A DNA stretch of 64,000 nt from a virus (lineage: Duplodnaviria; Caudoviricetes), in the IMG/VR virus record IMGVR_UViG_3300028549_000365, positions 1-64,000 of that record. One strand, 5' to 3'. Made by a program: the position numbers and the translations under genes. Of the stretch, positions 26,232-34,927 are shown piece after piece (the first letter of the stretch is position 1; each line of letters starts with the position of its first letter). A model generated the notes under the pieces. That model was not told where the DNA came from, ran no database searches, and saw only the letters and a list, made by a program, of their open reading frames with translations.

Positions 26232-27908
26232 ATGGAAGATAATATGGAAAATAAATCAATATTCAACAACTGGGTACTTAACTTATCGTTAAAAGACCAG
26301 TCTATGTTGATGACAGTTATCAGAGGTACTGATAGCGAAAATTTTGAATGTAAAAAGGTAACTAAGATGCTTAGAAACATCATAGTGAAAACATACACTA
26401 CTAAAACTAAATTTAGTACAGAAACAGTATATCCTGACACAGATATAACTAATATACTTGCATTACATATGTACACTGAACCACATTGGTATTCACATAT
26501 AGTAAAGGCTATTAAGATTATTATTAAATCTTATCCTGATGTATACGCTGTAGCATACTGGAATAAAGTAATTAGTCAGGTAGAAGAACTATCACCTATT
26601 AGTATAAACGCTAAAAAGTTACTTGAACGTAAAGCTCTTTTAACTAGAGTACGACGCGATATAAAAGTTGGTCTACAGTTGGAACTTTTACCAAATAGTG
26701 ATGAAGTTAGTGACGCTAGATTAATGTGTACATACATTGAAAATGTCTTGCAACTAGTCAACAATAAAATAGTAGCTGAATTTAATATCGAAGCTCCTAT
26801 GTTTGAAGTTAAAGATGAACCACAGGTTGGTAACGACACAGTTAATATAGGTACAGAGTTATTAGCTAAACACGATGGTGTAGATATAAATGAGTGTTTA
26901 AAAGATACATACAATATTGAAGTGGTGTTTAATAATTTTGAATGGAGCGATACTAATCAAAATGTTATACCAAAAGGTATTACTAATGGTATTGTTGTCA
27001 ATAGTAACTTTTGGGTTGTACCAAAAAATAGTAATACAATGGACACAATTATAAGAGCTATAAAGGATAATTTTCCCAATGGTAACTACTTAACTTTTTC
27101 TGCAAAACGTGTGTTTATGGGTGATGAGGTCTTGGAAGTAAATAATGAAAATGAACCTATTAGTATAGATGATCTTAATAATGTTACTGACAACGTTGTT
27201 GCTACAACCGATAGTGTATGTGATGGGGCTTATTATTGGCCTGAACTACCAATAATAAAAGAACGTCTAAAATATTATTTTGTAGAAGGAGATAAAATTA
27301 CTGTATACGCATATAATAATAAAGTAGTTTTTACTCCTGACTCAGTTGGCGACGGTGTTCTTGATTTTGTAACTGTGTACCCTCATCGTTTTAATCCGAG
27401 TTTTACTAGATATGAACTGCCGTTAAAGCTATTCGATTTAGACAACGGACTAAACACAGACATAGATTTTCACTTTAAAAGAATTCGTAAGTTATTAGGA
27501 GATAATTTTCTAGATAAAATAGAACATAACGGTTTATGTGTCAACATGGATGTTATGAACAAAGCAGTTAGATTTCAAGAAGATAACCCAGTAGATGAAA
27601 ACGAACCTATTAGTAAAGATATGTTTATAAAGTCTAGATTAGAGCATTATAGTATTTCCGACAATGTTGTTACTGCTTACGCTGAAAAGGGAACACGAGT
27701 AGGACATGACGCTAAACTAATCGTATTAACACCTTTACCAGTGGTAGACAACAGACGGTATCTAAAATACAATATACCATTAGAGTTATTTACAGATGAA
27801 AACATTTACGACGCTAATGCGTTTAGAGAACTTAAAAATAATGAGTTGATTATAACTGATGATGCTATATCTGAAAAAATGATAGAATGTGAAACTAAGA
27901 GGGTTTAA
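26232..27908 (+). CDS. mosaic multidomain hypothetical protein
   Basis: N-terminal WVLNLSLKDQSMLMTVIRGTD...HWYSH domain; central module shared with 29002..29838; C-terminal internal repeat. Confidence 0.75.
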   Translation: MEDNMENKSIFNNWVLNLSLKDQSMLMTVIRGTDSENFECKKVTKMLRNIIVKTYTTKTKFSTETVYPDTDITNILALHMYTEPHWYSHIVKAIKIIIKSYPDVYAVAYWNKVISQVEELSPISINAKKLLERKALLTRVRRDIKVGLQLELLPNSDEVSDARLMCTYIENVLQLVNNKIVAEFNIEAPMFEVKDEPQVGNDTVNIGTELLAKHDGVDINECLKDTYNIEVVFNNFEWSDTNQNVIPKGITNGIVVNSNFWVVPKNSNTMDTIIRAIKDNFPNGNYLTFSAKRVFMGDEVLEVNNENEPISIDDLNNVTDNVVATTDSVCDGAYYWPELPIIKERLKYYFVEGDKITVYAYNNKVVFTPDSVGDGVLDFVTVYPHRFNPSFTRYELPLKLFDLDNGLNTDIDFHFKRIRKLLGDNFLDKIEHNGLCVNMDVMNKAVRFQEDNPVDENEPISKDMFIKSRLEHYSISDNVVTAYAEKGTRVGHDAKLIVLTPLPVVDNRRYLKYNIPLELFTDENIYDANAFRELKNNELIITDDAISEKMIECETKRV

Positions 27909-27910
27909 TA

Positions 27911-28225
27911 ATGAGTATGAAAGCATTACCACTTGATGTGGTGTTGGTAGAAGGTAAGTTGTGTGTAAAAGCATTAAAGGTTGAAACTATAGAAAACGAG
28001 CTTAAAGGTGAAAGTACTTGGGAAGCATTATTAAAAGAGCGTTCTATTGTTACAGATGTTAACAATAACATAGTTGGGTTTCAGAGCTTGCTTTATAATT
28101 ATTGTCATGATAAGAAAGTAAGTTTTAATCCTATACCAGAAGGTGAAGAGTTGTATAAGGATATGTTCAAAACATATCTTTGTACTATAAAATACAAAGT
28201 TTATATAATAGTCTACTTTTCGTAA
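27911..28225 (+). CDS. hypothetical protein
   Basis: Packed run. Confidence 0.7.
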   Translation: MSMKALPLDVVLVEGKLCVKALKVETIENELKGESTWEALLKERSIVTDVNNNIVGFQSLLYNYCHDKKVSFNPIPEGEELYKDMFKTYLCTIKYKVYIIVYFS

Positions 28226-28250
28226 GACTATTATATAATAAAAAGGAGTA

Positions 28251-28625
28251 ATGGTGTTTAGTAGTGTATTCGAATATAAAAATGGTAATATTTCGTTTTC
28301 AGAACTATTATTCGACAGTAAGCTTATTAGCGATTATAAAAAAGATAGACTTAATGATATAAATGAGTTATTACAACTTAAACAAAAGTTTAATGAGGTA
28401 GTTTTTATATGTAAGAATAAAAACTACATTATTAAAAAAGATGGAAACAGGTTAGGAAAAATAAAACATGCTTATTATTTAAATAAGTACTTTGACTATA
28501 TGCAGCTTATTAGCACACTTAATGTTAACGGATTTTACGGTTCTACTGGCTTTCCTACAAAGAATAAGTTTTCTAACCTAACATTAGTAACTAACACACT
28601 TGCTGAAAGAAGAGGTAAAAAATGA
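28251..28625 (+). CDS. hypothetical protein
   Basis: AAGGAG RBS. Confidence 0.7.
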   Translation: MVFSSVFEYKNGNISFSELLFDSKLISDYKKDRLNDINELLQLKQKFNEVVFICKNKNYIIKKDGNRLGKIKHAYYLNKYFDYMQLISTLNVNGFYGSTGFPTKNKFSNLTLVTNTLAERRGKK

Positions 28626-29005
28626 CAGAGAAAGAAGTATTAGAACTAATCATTATCTTTTGTATAGTGATACCTTTAGTAACGATAATTTGGTTTATAT
28701 TATTTAAGGACGACGGAGATGAGCATCACTATTGCGGTAACCTACCTAGTAAAAATAATGATGGTAATTTAGAAGGACCTAAAGTGATGACTAATAGATT
28801 CGGAGAAATCTGTGTAACTAGCGTTACTATTGAAGTACCGTGTCCTTTGTGTGGTTCCACTCGCGCTACTCTACTTCAACATAGTTCTGTAGCTAGTTGT
28901 CTTGGTCCAAATTATAGATTGAAATGTAATGTGTGTAGAATTGAGTTTAGAAAAACAGTTAAAGAAGTCGATGAATATAATAAAAATAATAAAGGAAGCA
29001 CATGA
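28622..29005 (+). CDS. membrane-anchored Zn-ribbon protein
   Basis: N-terminal TM (LIIIFCIVIPLVTIIWFILF) and CPLC...CNVC. Confidence 0.7.
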   Translation: MTEKEVLELIIIFCIVIPLVTIIWFILFKDDGDEHHYCGNLPSKNNDGNLEGPKVMTNRFGEICVTSVTIEVPCPLCGSTRATLLQHSSVASCLGPNYRLKCNVCRIEFRKTVKEVDEYNKNNKGST

Positions 29006-29838
29006 GAAAATATGTTGAAACAGAAGTTAACTATCAGATAGTAACTGATAGTGGAGAAACAGTTGGGATACCTATTATAACAGAAGATGTAGCTAGAAAC
29101 TTGCTGGTAAAGTTATTAAAAGATGATAACTATTTACAAGAGTTGTGTCCAGATACTGATATAAAAACTATAAAATATCTGACAATGATAGCTGTAAATA
29201 TCACTGAAAAAGAACAAAAAACAATCCACCACACAGTTGTTCATAACCATAGTGTAGGTAAAGTTAATGCAAAAATGCTACCAGGTATATGTAGTGAAAA
29301 GACTGTTGTGAATGGACTAAGTGTGGAGTTTACAGAACCAGAGTGTTTAAAACGCAACCCAAATATCAGAGTTGACTTTATAAACTTTGATTGGGGTGAT
29401 GAAGATTACAATAGTGTGTCAAAAGGTATTGTTAACGGAGTTGTTATAAACAATAATCTTTGGGAAATACCTGGAACATGCAATACATTAGAAAGTGTAA
29501 TAGAAGCAATTATGATTGACTTTGATGCACAATATATGATCGTGTCTTGTGAGCGTGATAGTGAAGATAATATTGTGTTGGTTATAACTTACGATTACAA
29601 GTTTGAATTAATTAAAACACAACAACCAGTCACTAGTAAAGGATTACAAGTAAAAATGTTTAAAGACACTAGAAATATATATAATGTAGAAAAAGAAGTA
29701 AACGATAGTCTAGCAAAAATACCGATGGACGATGTTGTGTCAGTAACATTTAACAACAATTTAGCTACGTCTGGAACAGAAGGTTATAATGTTTTATTTA
29801 CAGCTATGGTTACATATAAAAAAGATATAGGAGAATGA
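29002..29838 (+). CDS. mosaic hypothetical protein
   Basis: Shares the ECLK...NFDW...KGIxNGxVxNxNxW...NT module with 26232..27908. Confidence 0.75.
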   Translation: MRKYVETEVNYQIVTDSGETVGIPIITEDVARNLLVKLLKDDNYLQELCPDTDIKTIKYLTMIAVNITEKEQKTIHHTVVHNHSVGKVNAKMLPGICSEKTVVNGLSVEFTEPECLKRNPNIRVDFINFDWGDEDYNSVSKGIVNGVVINNNLWEIPGTCNTLESVIEAIMIDFDAQYMIVSCERDSEDNIVLVITYDYKFELIKTQQPVTSKGLQVKMFKDTRNIYNVEKEVNDSLAKIPMDDVVSVTFNNNLATSGTEGYNVLFTAMVTYKKDIGE

Positions 29839-29839
29839 T

Positions 29840-30547
29840 ATGAGTTTATTTGTATGTCAAAACCCAGACTGCCAAGCTATAGAGAATAGTAGTTGTATGT
29901 CGATAGGTAAAGATAGAGATAGCGATTACCCGAACATGTGTACTATGGATATGCATGGATATCATGAAGAACCTATTTATATAGGTAAGGTTATGAAACA
30001 AGAACAAGTGGTGTTAGATCACAATAACAGTCCTATAGATATGTCTTATAAACTACCGGGGACAGTACTTATGTTGTGTTCTGAATGTAATACAGGTAAA
30101 TGGCATGATGAGTTCCCTAAGGATAAAGCTAACGAAGAAGAGTTAAAGTTGGCTAAACTTAGTCCTTACTCATACATAACACCAGGTTTCCATATGGACA
30201 ATCAAATAGTTAAAGATGATTCTTGTAGACACGGATACAGAGCTCCAACTGAAGAAGAGTTATTTGCATACGGAAGACGAACGTCTAGAAGAGCTTCTCC
30301 CGCGACTATGGCTATAGCAGGAATTATATCAAGATATTTACCAAACTTTGGAAGTAAAACTATTAGAAATAGAACTACTAATAGACAGTCCGAAGAAGAT
30401 AAAACTAGAAATCTTAGACGTGCTGAACTCAAGCGTGAAATAAAGCAGATGAAAAAAGATAGTATAAAAACTAATCCAAAGCTAGTATATAATAGTTATA
30501 AAGCTAAATTACAAGCGTTGGAAGACGAATATAAAACATTAAAATAA
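29840..30547 (+). CDS. Zn-binding conserved phage protein
   Basis: MSLFVCQNPDCQAIENS...LCSECNTGKWHDEFPK. Confidence 0.7.
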   Translation: MSLFVCQNPDCQAIENSSCMSIGKDRDSDYPNMCTMDMHGYHEEPIYIGKVMKQEQVVLDHNNSPIDMSYKLPGTVLMLCSECNTGKWHDEFPKDKANEEELKLAKLSPYSYITPGFHMDNQIVKDDSCRHGYRAPTEEELFAYGRRTSRRASPATMAIAGIISRYLPNFGSKTIRNRTTNRQSEEDKTRNLRRAELKREIKQMKKDSIKTNPKLVYNSYKAKLQALEDEYKTLK

Positions 30548-30557
30548 AGGACATAAG

Positions 30558-31025
30558 ATGATAGTATTAAAAACAAATGAAGAAGAAATAGTTAAAAATT
30601 ACCATACAGAGTATGCAAGGTTATTAAACAAAACAATAAAAATAGAACAATACAATGGGTTCACTGGAAGTAGATTACCTGATATAGCGGAAGATAACGC
30701 TACTGAATATAGCGAGTATGGTGTTGTTATAATTAAAGATATATGTAATTTTGCAGTTGGTTTGGGTTCAAAGACTAAAACAACATGTGAAGTAATATTA
30801 GTTACAGCTTTACTAACATACGAAGGGGTGTGTTATGATAAAGTAAAGTTTGTTTGCGCTGAACCATGTACTACTTCTGATAGTGATGAAGTAGTTTCTA
30901 ACATTCCTTACGGTATAGAAGTGTATTGTAATGAACACGACAGTATGAATATGAATATTAAATACAACAATTTTAAAGATATGTCAATATATGAAATAGC
31001 TGAATTATTGTATTACACGAAGTAA
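30558..31025 (+). CDS. hypothetical protein
   Basis: AAGGA RBS; last gene before the terminator. Confidence 0.7.
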   Translation: MIVLKTNEEEIVKNYHTEYARLLNKTIKIEQYNGFTGSRLPDIAEDNATEYSEYGVVIIKDICNFAVGLGSKTKTTCEVILVTALLTYEGVCYDKVKFVCAEPCTTSDSDEVVSNIPYGIEVYCNEHDSMNMNIKYNNFKDMSIYEIAELLYYTK

Positions 31026-31030
31026 CTAGT

Positions 31031-31066
31031 AAAGGTAGGCAACTTAGGTTGCTTATCTTTTTTTTT
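31031..31066 (+). terminator. intrinsic terminator
   Basis: AAAGGTAGGCAAC-ttag-GTTGCTTATCTTT (G-U pairs valid on the + transcript) plus T tract. Confidence 0.85.
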
Positions 31067-31093
31067 CTTTGAATACAAATATAAGGAGATACT

Positions 31094-31588
31094 ATGGCTA
31101 GTAGAAAAATAGAGGATTTACATCCTACCGCACAAGTTAAGTTTAATGCTTGGTTAAAAGATTGTGATGATGCAGGTATTGACGTACTTGTTTATTGTAC
31201 GTTTAGATCAAGTGCTGAGCAAGATAATGAATATAAAATAGGCAGAACTGTTAAAGGGTTAGGTGTTACAAAAGTCAATCCAATGGGTAGAACTACAACT
31301 AATGCAAAAGGTGGTGAGTCATTTCATCAGTATAGAGTTGCTATAGACTGTGTACCATTACAGAATGGTAAAGCTCTTTGGAATGGTGATTTACCTTCAA
31401 CACCACATGACGATAAACTATATGAGCAAATGGCTAAGTTAGGAGCTAAACACGGAATAGAGTGGTCTGGTAACTGGAAAGGTAAACTAAAAGAAAAAGC
31501 TCACTTTCAATATACAGAAGGTTTAACTATAAAAGATTTCAAAGCAGGTAAAACTTTATCTATAACAAGAGACACTAGAAATATGTAA
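31094..31588 (+). CDS. M15 family L-alanyl-D-glutamate peptidase (endolysin, CwlK/Ply118-like)
   Basis: SRKIEDLHP...TFRSSAEQ...TTNAKGGESFHQYRVAID...EWSGNW...AHFQ. Confidence 0.9.
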   Translation: MASRKIEDLHPTAQVKFNAWLKDCDDAGIDVLVYCTFRSSAEQDNEYKIGRTVKGLGVTKVNPMGRTTTNAKGGESFHQYRVAIDCVPLQNGKALWNGDLPSTPHDDKLYEQMAKLGAKHGIEWSGNWKGKLKEKAHFQYTEGLTIKDFKAGKTLSITRDTRNM

Positions 31589-31617
31589 CTACATATCCCA
31601 ATAGGGATATGTAGTTA
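31586..31617. terminator. bidirectional terminator containing both stop codons
   Basis: TAACTACATATCCC-aata-GGGATATGTAGTTA; TAA of the + gene at 31586 and TAA of the - gene at 31615-31617 form the stem ends. Confidence 0.85.
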
Positions 31618-32076
31618 TGCTACTCTTGTATATGACTTACCATCGTTAGTTGTATAAAACTCGTTTCTAGCTTTAGCTTTAGTTTCAGCTACAGATATAT
31701 GTATCCATCTTCTACTACCTATTTTCTCGATAATACATTTATCCAACATACCATTAAACATAGAAGTGTTATCTTTTATAATTTTAAATAACTCATCTAC
31801 ACTAACAGTAGGACATTGTATATCAGCTGCTAACCCTTTAGGGTGCGCTCCCGTGCTACTACCACCAACAGCTTTATTAAGACTAGGACCTCTAAAACCG
31901 CTAGTTACTTTTATTTCACCTCCTATTTTTTCTCTTAGTGGTTGTAATATATTAACGGCTAGTGATGTTAAATTATTAACAAACACCATACCCTCTTTTC
32001 TATTAATAGGTACTAAATTCTTATGTCCGTCAGAATCTGTTAATTCTTCAAATGTAAAATTTTTACTTAAGTTCAT
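31615..32076 (-). CDS. peptidase M15A family Zn-peptidase (second endolysin-like protein)
   Basis: MNLSKNFTFEEL...ILQPLRE...VTSGFRGPSLNKAVGGSSTGAHPKGLAADI...WIHIS; AAGGAG RBS before the ATG at 32076. Confidence 0.9.
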   Translation of the reverse strand: MNLSKNFTFEELTDSDGHKNLVPINRKEGMVFVNNLTSLAVNILQPLREKIGGEIKVTSGFRGPSLNKAVGGSSTGAHPKGLAADIQCPTVSVDELFKIIKDNTSMFNGMLDKCIIEKIGSRRWIHISVAETKAKARNEFYTTNDGKSYTRVA

Positions 32077-32165
32077 GTATCTCCTTTTATATGTTTTCAA
32101 ATATATGCTATGTCACCTATTTTTTTTAGGATTACTTGAATTATTTTAATATTAAGAGGTGGACA

Positions 32166-32594
32166 ATGCAAAGCATGAAAGATAAATTGGACGCTTTAAA
32201 AGAGGCGTTGTATAATAGTACAGAAAACACAGTAGATAGCGATTTTACTCGTTTAATAAAAATAAAAGATATAGACGACGAGCTATTTGAGACGCTTATA
32301 TTGATACACTCTAATTATAAAAACGAAATGCAGTCTGTGAAAAGACTTAATAGTAATACAATTACTAAACTTATAGATTTACAAATAGATATGTTGACAC
32401 ATTATAAATTAGTTTTAGCGGATGTAGACAACTTAAAAAATGGTAGTGTTAAAAACCAGTTATTAACACCTAAAAATATAGTTATAGTATTAACAACGCT
32501 AGGAATATTCATATCTGGTATATGGGTGTTGTTCGCTATAAACCCAGCTGCTGGTGATGCAGTAGTTAAAGTAATAACAAGTATATTTAAATAA
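32166..32594 (+). CDS. membrane protein, coiled-coil N-terminus and C-terminal TM (holin/anti-holin candidate)
   Basis: GAGGTGG RBS; IVIVLTTLGIFISGIWVLFAI hydrophobic helix; next to two endolysins; holin role is inference. Confidence 0.6.
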   Translation: MQSMKDKLDALKEALYNSTENTVDSDFTRLIKIKDIDDELFETLILIHSNYKNEMQSVKRLNSNTITKLIDLQIDMLTHYKLVLADVDNLKNGSVKNQLLTPKNIVIVLTTLGIFISGIWVLFAINPAAGDAVVKVITSIFK

Positions 32595-32603
32595 GGACAT
32601 AAA

Positions 32604-33260
32604 ATGATATTAAAGATTATAAAATTATATAACAAGATTTTAAGTTGGTTTTCAAAGCCTGAACCACAGCATCCAGAGATAAATACTTACACTCCTCCTA
32701 CTAGAACAAGAGAAGCTATAATAGATAGTATAGATTATACTAACATAAAAGAACCTGACATATATAAAGTTAATGATACTAATAAGACTCTATTATTTAT
32801 GGACGATATAGCTGAAAGTGAAATTCTGTATAAAGTAGATATAAGTAGAATGTTGAAGACTTATAAGAAGTCAGTACTTAATGATTTCACACTAGTGCAT
32901 TGTTTTGATAACACAGCGGGTTATATGGTATATAAGTATATACTAGCTGGAAACAATATAGACTATGCTATATTAGATGTTAGTTTAGGTTATAAATTAC
33001 AAGTATCTCAAACTGAGTCAGTAACTCTTGATGGTATAGACGTAGCTTTATTGTTACTTAAACATAATCCAGATGTAAAGTTCTTGTTTTCTACTGTACA
33101 TACTATGAATGAAAGAAATCCAGAAATGTCTGTTTACTATAAGAAGTTTAGAGCGGCTACTGGTAAATCACTTATGGATCATTATTTAGATAAGAACAGT
33201 TATAGACATGATAAACTATATACCTTTTTATACGGTGACGAAAATGAAACTAACAGTTAA
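32604..33260 (+). CDS. receiver-domain (response regulator/CheY-like) protein without output domain
   Basis: LLFMDD (acidic pair), IDYAILDVSL (phosphoacceptor Asp), DGIDVA, FLFST (switch Thr/Ser), HYLDK (conserved Lys). Confidence 0.8.
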   Translation: MILKIIKLYNKILSWFSKPEPQHPEINTYTPPTRTREAIIDSIDYTNIKEPDIYKVNDTNKTLLFMDDIAESEILYKVDISRMLKTYKKSVLNDFTLVHCFDNTAGYMVYKYILAGNNIDYAILDVSLGYKLQVSQTESVTLDGIDVALLLLKHNPDVKFLFSTVHTMNERNPEMSVYYKKFRAATGKSLMDHYLDKNSYRHDKLYTFLYGDENETNS

Positions 33261-34662
33261 CGTAAAACTACAGATACTTTTTAGTAAGTATAACCTTATA
33301 AAATACTTTTCAATGTTAATATCGTTCTACTTATTTTTCTTAGTTATCTACGCGGTAACTTTGATAAGTTTATATAGTGATGTGACAAATGATTATAATA
33401 CACGTTTAGCCACTATTGATAAGACTGAGGGTACAGAATTTAACCTTATGTGTAATGTTGTTTCTTGTAAGAGATTAACTTATAAGTTAGACGATAAAGG
33501 TAATATGTTAACATACGTTAATGATAACAATATACTTAAGGTAAGTGAGAATAAATTTCCTAAAGATAATATATATTTTGGTTTTGTAAACCAGAATTTA
33601 GAAACTGTTATACACTACGGAGATCTTACTTTTTATATAGATGACTTTAAATACATATCATTAGTATTTACATTACTAGTGATAACTAACTTCTTATTCA
33701 CAATAATATTTACATTAGTGTTTATAAAAACAGTATTAGACAGGTATCATAATGAACTTATAGAAAAGAATGTATATAAGGCAGACTTAGAAACTAAATT
33801 ACAGAGAGATATAACAGAAAGTATACACCATGAGATGGGGATGCCTATAGCTATAATAGATACTTTAGTAACAGACCTTTATGCTAATCTTTATAAATGT
33901 AAATACACAGATGACGGTGTATGTGACTTTAACAACGAAACTGTTGATAAGTCGCTCTGTAAAGACTGTCCGCTACATAGTAGAAAGAGAGAGACTGACA
34001 CCTTGGCTATAGAGTATTACTCTAGAATAAAAGCGTCTATAGTTAAACTTAATACTATACTCAATCTTATAGCTGGATCTAAGCATATAAAATATGGTAA
34101 CGGTAGTTACAGTGCGTATATGATAATAGAGAATGTGTTAGCTGGTATAAATAACTTTAGAGTTAGTAAAATAAAAGCTACTTACATTAATCAAGAACTT
34201 ATGCATAAATGCGCAGTAGGTGCACCTATGAATAATGGTGAACTGATGTTGGTTATTAACAACATTATAACTAATAGTATTGAAGCTGATACGCCTGAAA
34301 TGATCTTTGAAGCAAGTATGAACCCAGATGGTAGATTAGATATAATAGTTACAGATAAGGGTAGAGGTATCAGAGATGGTTTCGATAACATAATAGCTGA
34401 TGATATTATATTTAAATATGGATATAGTACTAAAGATAGTAAAGGTATACATATGGTGTCAAGCAGTATTATTCAGAAGATATTGTATAAGTTAGGGTTT
34501 AGTGTAGCTACTACCTCATCAAGAGGTTCAGGTTTATCTACTAACAAGGGTATGTTATTAAACTCAGGAGGCGACTTAGTGTTACTTTCAACATCGTATT
34601 TAGGAACAAGTTTTAAAATAACCATACCAACCAAGGAAAGAAGAAATGAACAAAAAACTTAG
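33244..34662 (+). CDS. membrane sensor histidine kinase
   Basis: Two TM helices flanking a ~90-aa periplasmic loop; H-box IHHEMGMP; N-box INNIITNSIEA; G1 VTDKGRGI; F-box IFKYGYSTK; G2 RGSGLS; C-terminal GTSFKITIP. Confidence 0.92.
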   Translation: MKLTVNVKLQILFSKYNLIKYFSMLISFYLFFLVIYAVTLISLYSDVTNDYNTRLATIDKTEGTEFNLMCNVVSCKRLTYKLDDKGNMLTYVNDNNILKVSENKFPKDNIYFGFVNQNLETVIHYGDLTFYIDDFKYISLVFTLLVITNFLFTIIFTLVFIKTVLDRYHNELIEKNVYKADLETKLQRDITESIHHEMGMPIAIIDTLVTDLYANLYKCKYTDDGVCDFNNETVDKSLCKDCPLHSRKRETDTLAIEYYSRIKASIVKLNTILNLIAGSKHIKYGNGSYSAYMIIENVLAGINNFRVSKIKATYINQELMHKCAVGAPMNNGELMLVINNIITNSIEADTPEMIFEASMNPDGRLDIIVTDKGRGIRDGFDNIIADDIIFKYGYSTKDSKGIHMVSSSIIQKILYKLGFSVATTSSRGSGLSTNKGMLLNSGGDLVLLSTSYLGTSFKITIPTKERRNEQKT

Positions 34663-34927
34663 TGTAATAGTTATTGTCGTTTTACTTAATATTAACGTAC
34701 TAATCGCTGATACACCATGCGGCGATTGTGTTACTATAGTAAAACATTTTGATCTAGATGTTACTATAAAGAACACATCTGGATGGAAGCGCGTTTGTAA
34801 TAACGGAAAAATAAAATTGTACACAAGTAAGAAGCTCGTAGGATCTGATTTAACAGATTTATGCGAGTGTATAACTAAAGAACAATTTAGAAGCAGAGCG
34901 ATTGAATCAACAAGGGTTATAAAATGA
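34646..34927 (+). CDS. small secreted Cys-rich protein
   Basis: Signal peptide MNKKLSVIVIVVLLNINVLIA; mature part has 5 Cys including CGDC; overlaps both neighbours. Confidence 0.75.
   Translation: MNKKLSVIVIVVLLNINVLIADTPCGDCVTIVKHFDLDVTIKNTSGWKRVCNNGKIKLYTSKKLVGSDLTDLCECITKEQFRSRAIESTRVIK

Noticed and set aside
34646-34927. c-type cytochrome call for the small secreted protein
   Set aside because: The motif is CGDCV, not CxxCH; the nearest His is six residues after the second Cys.
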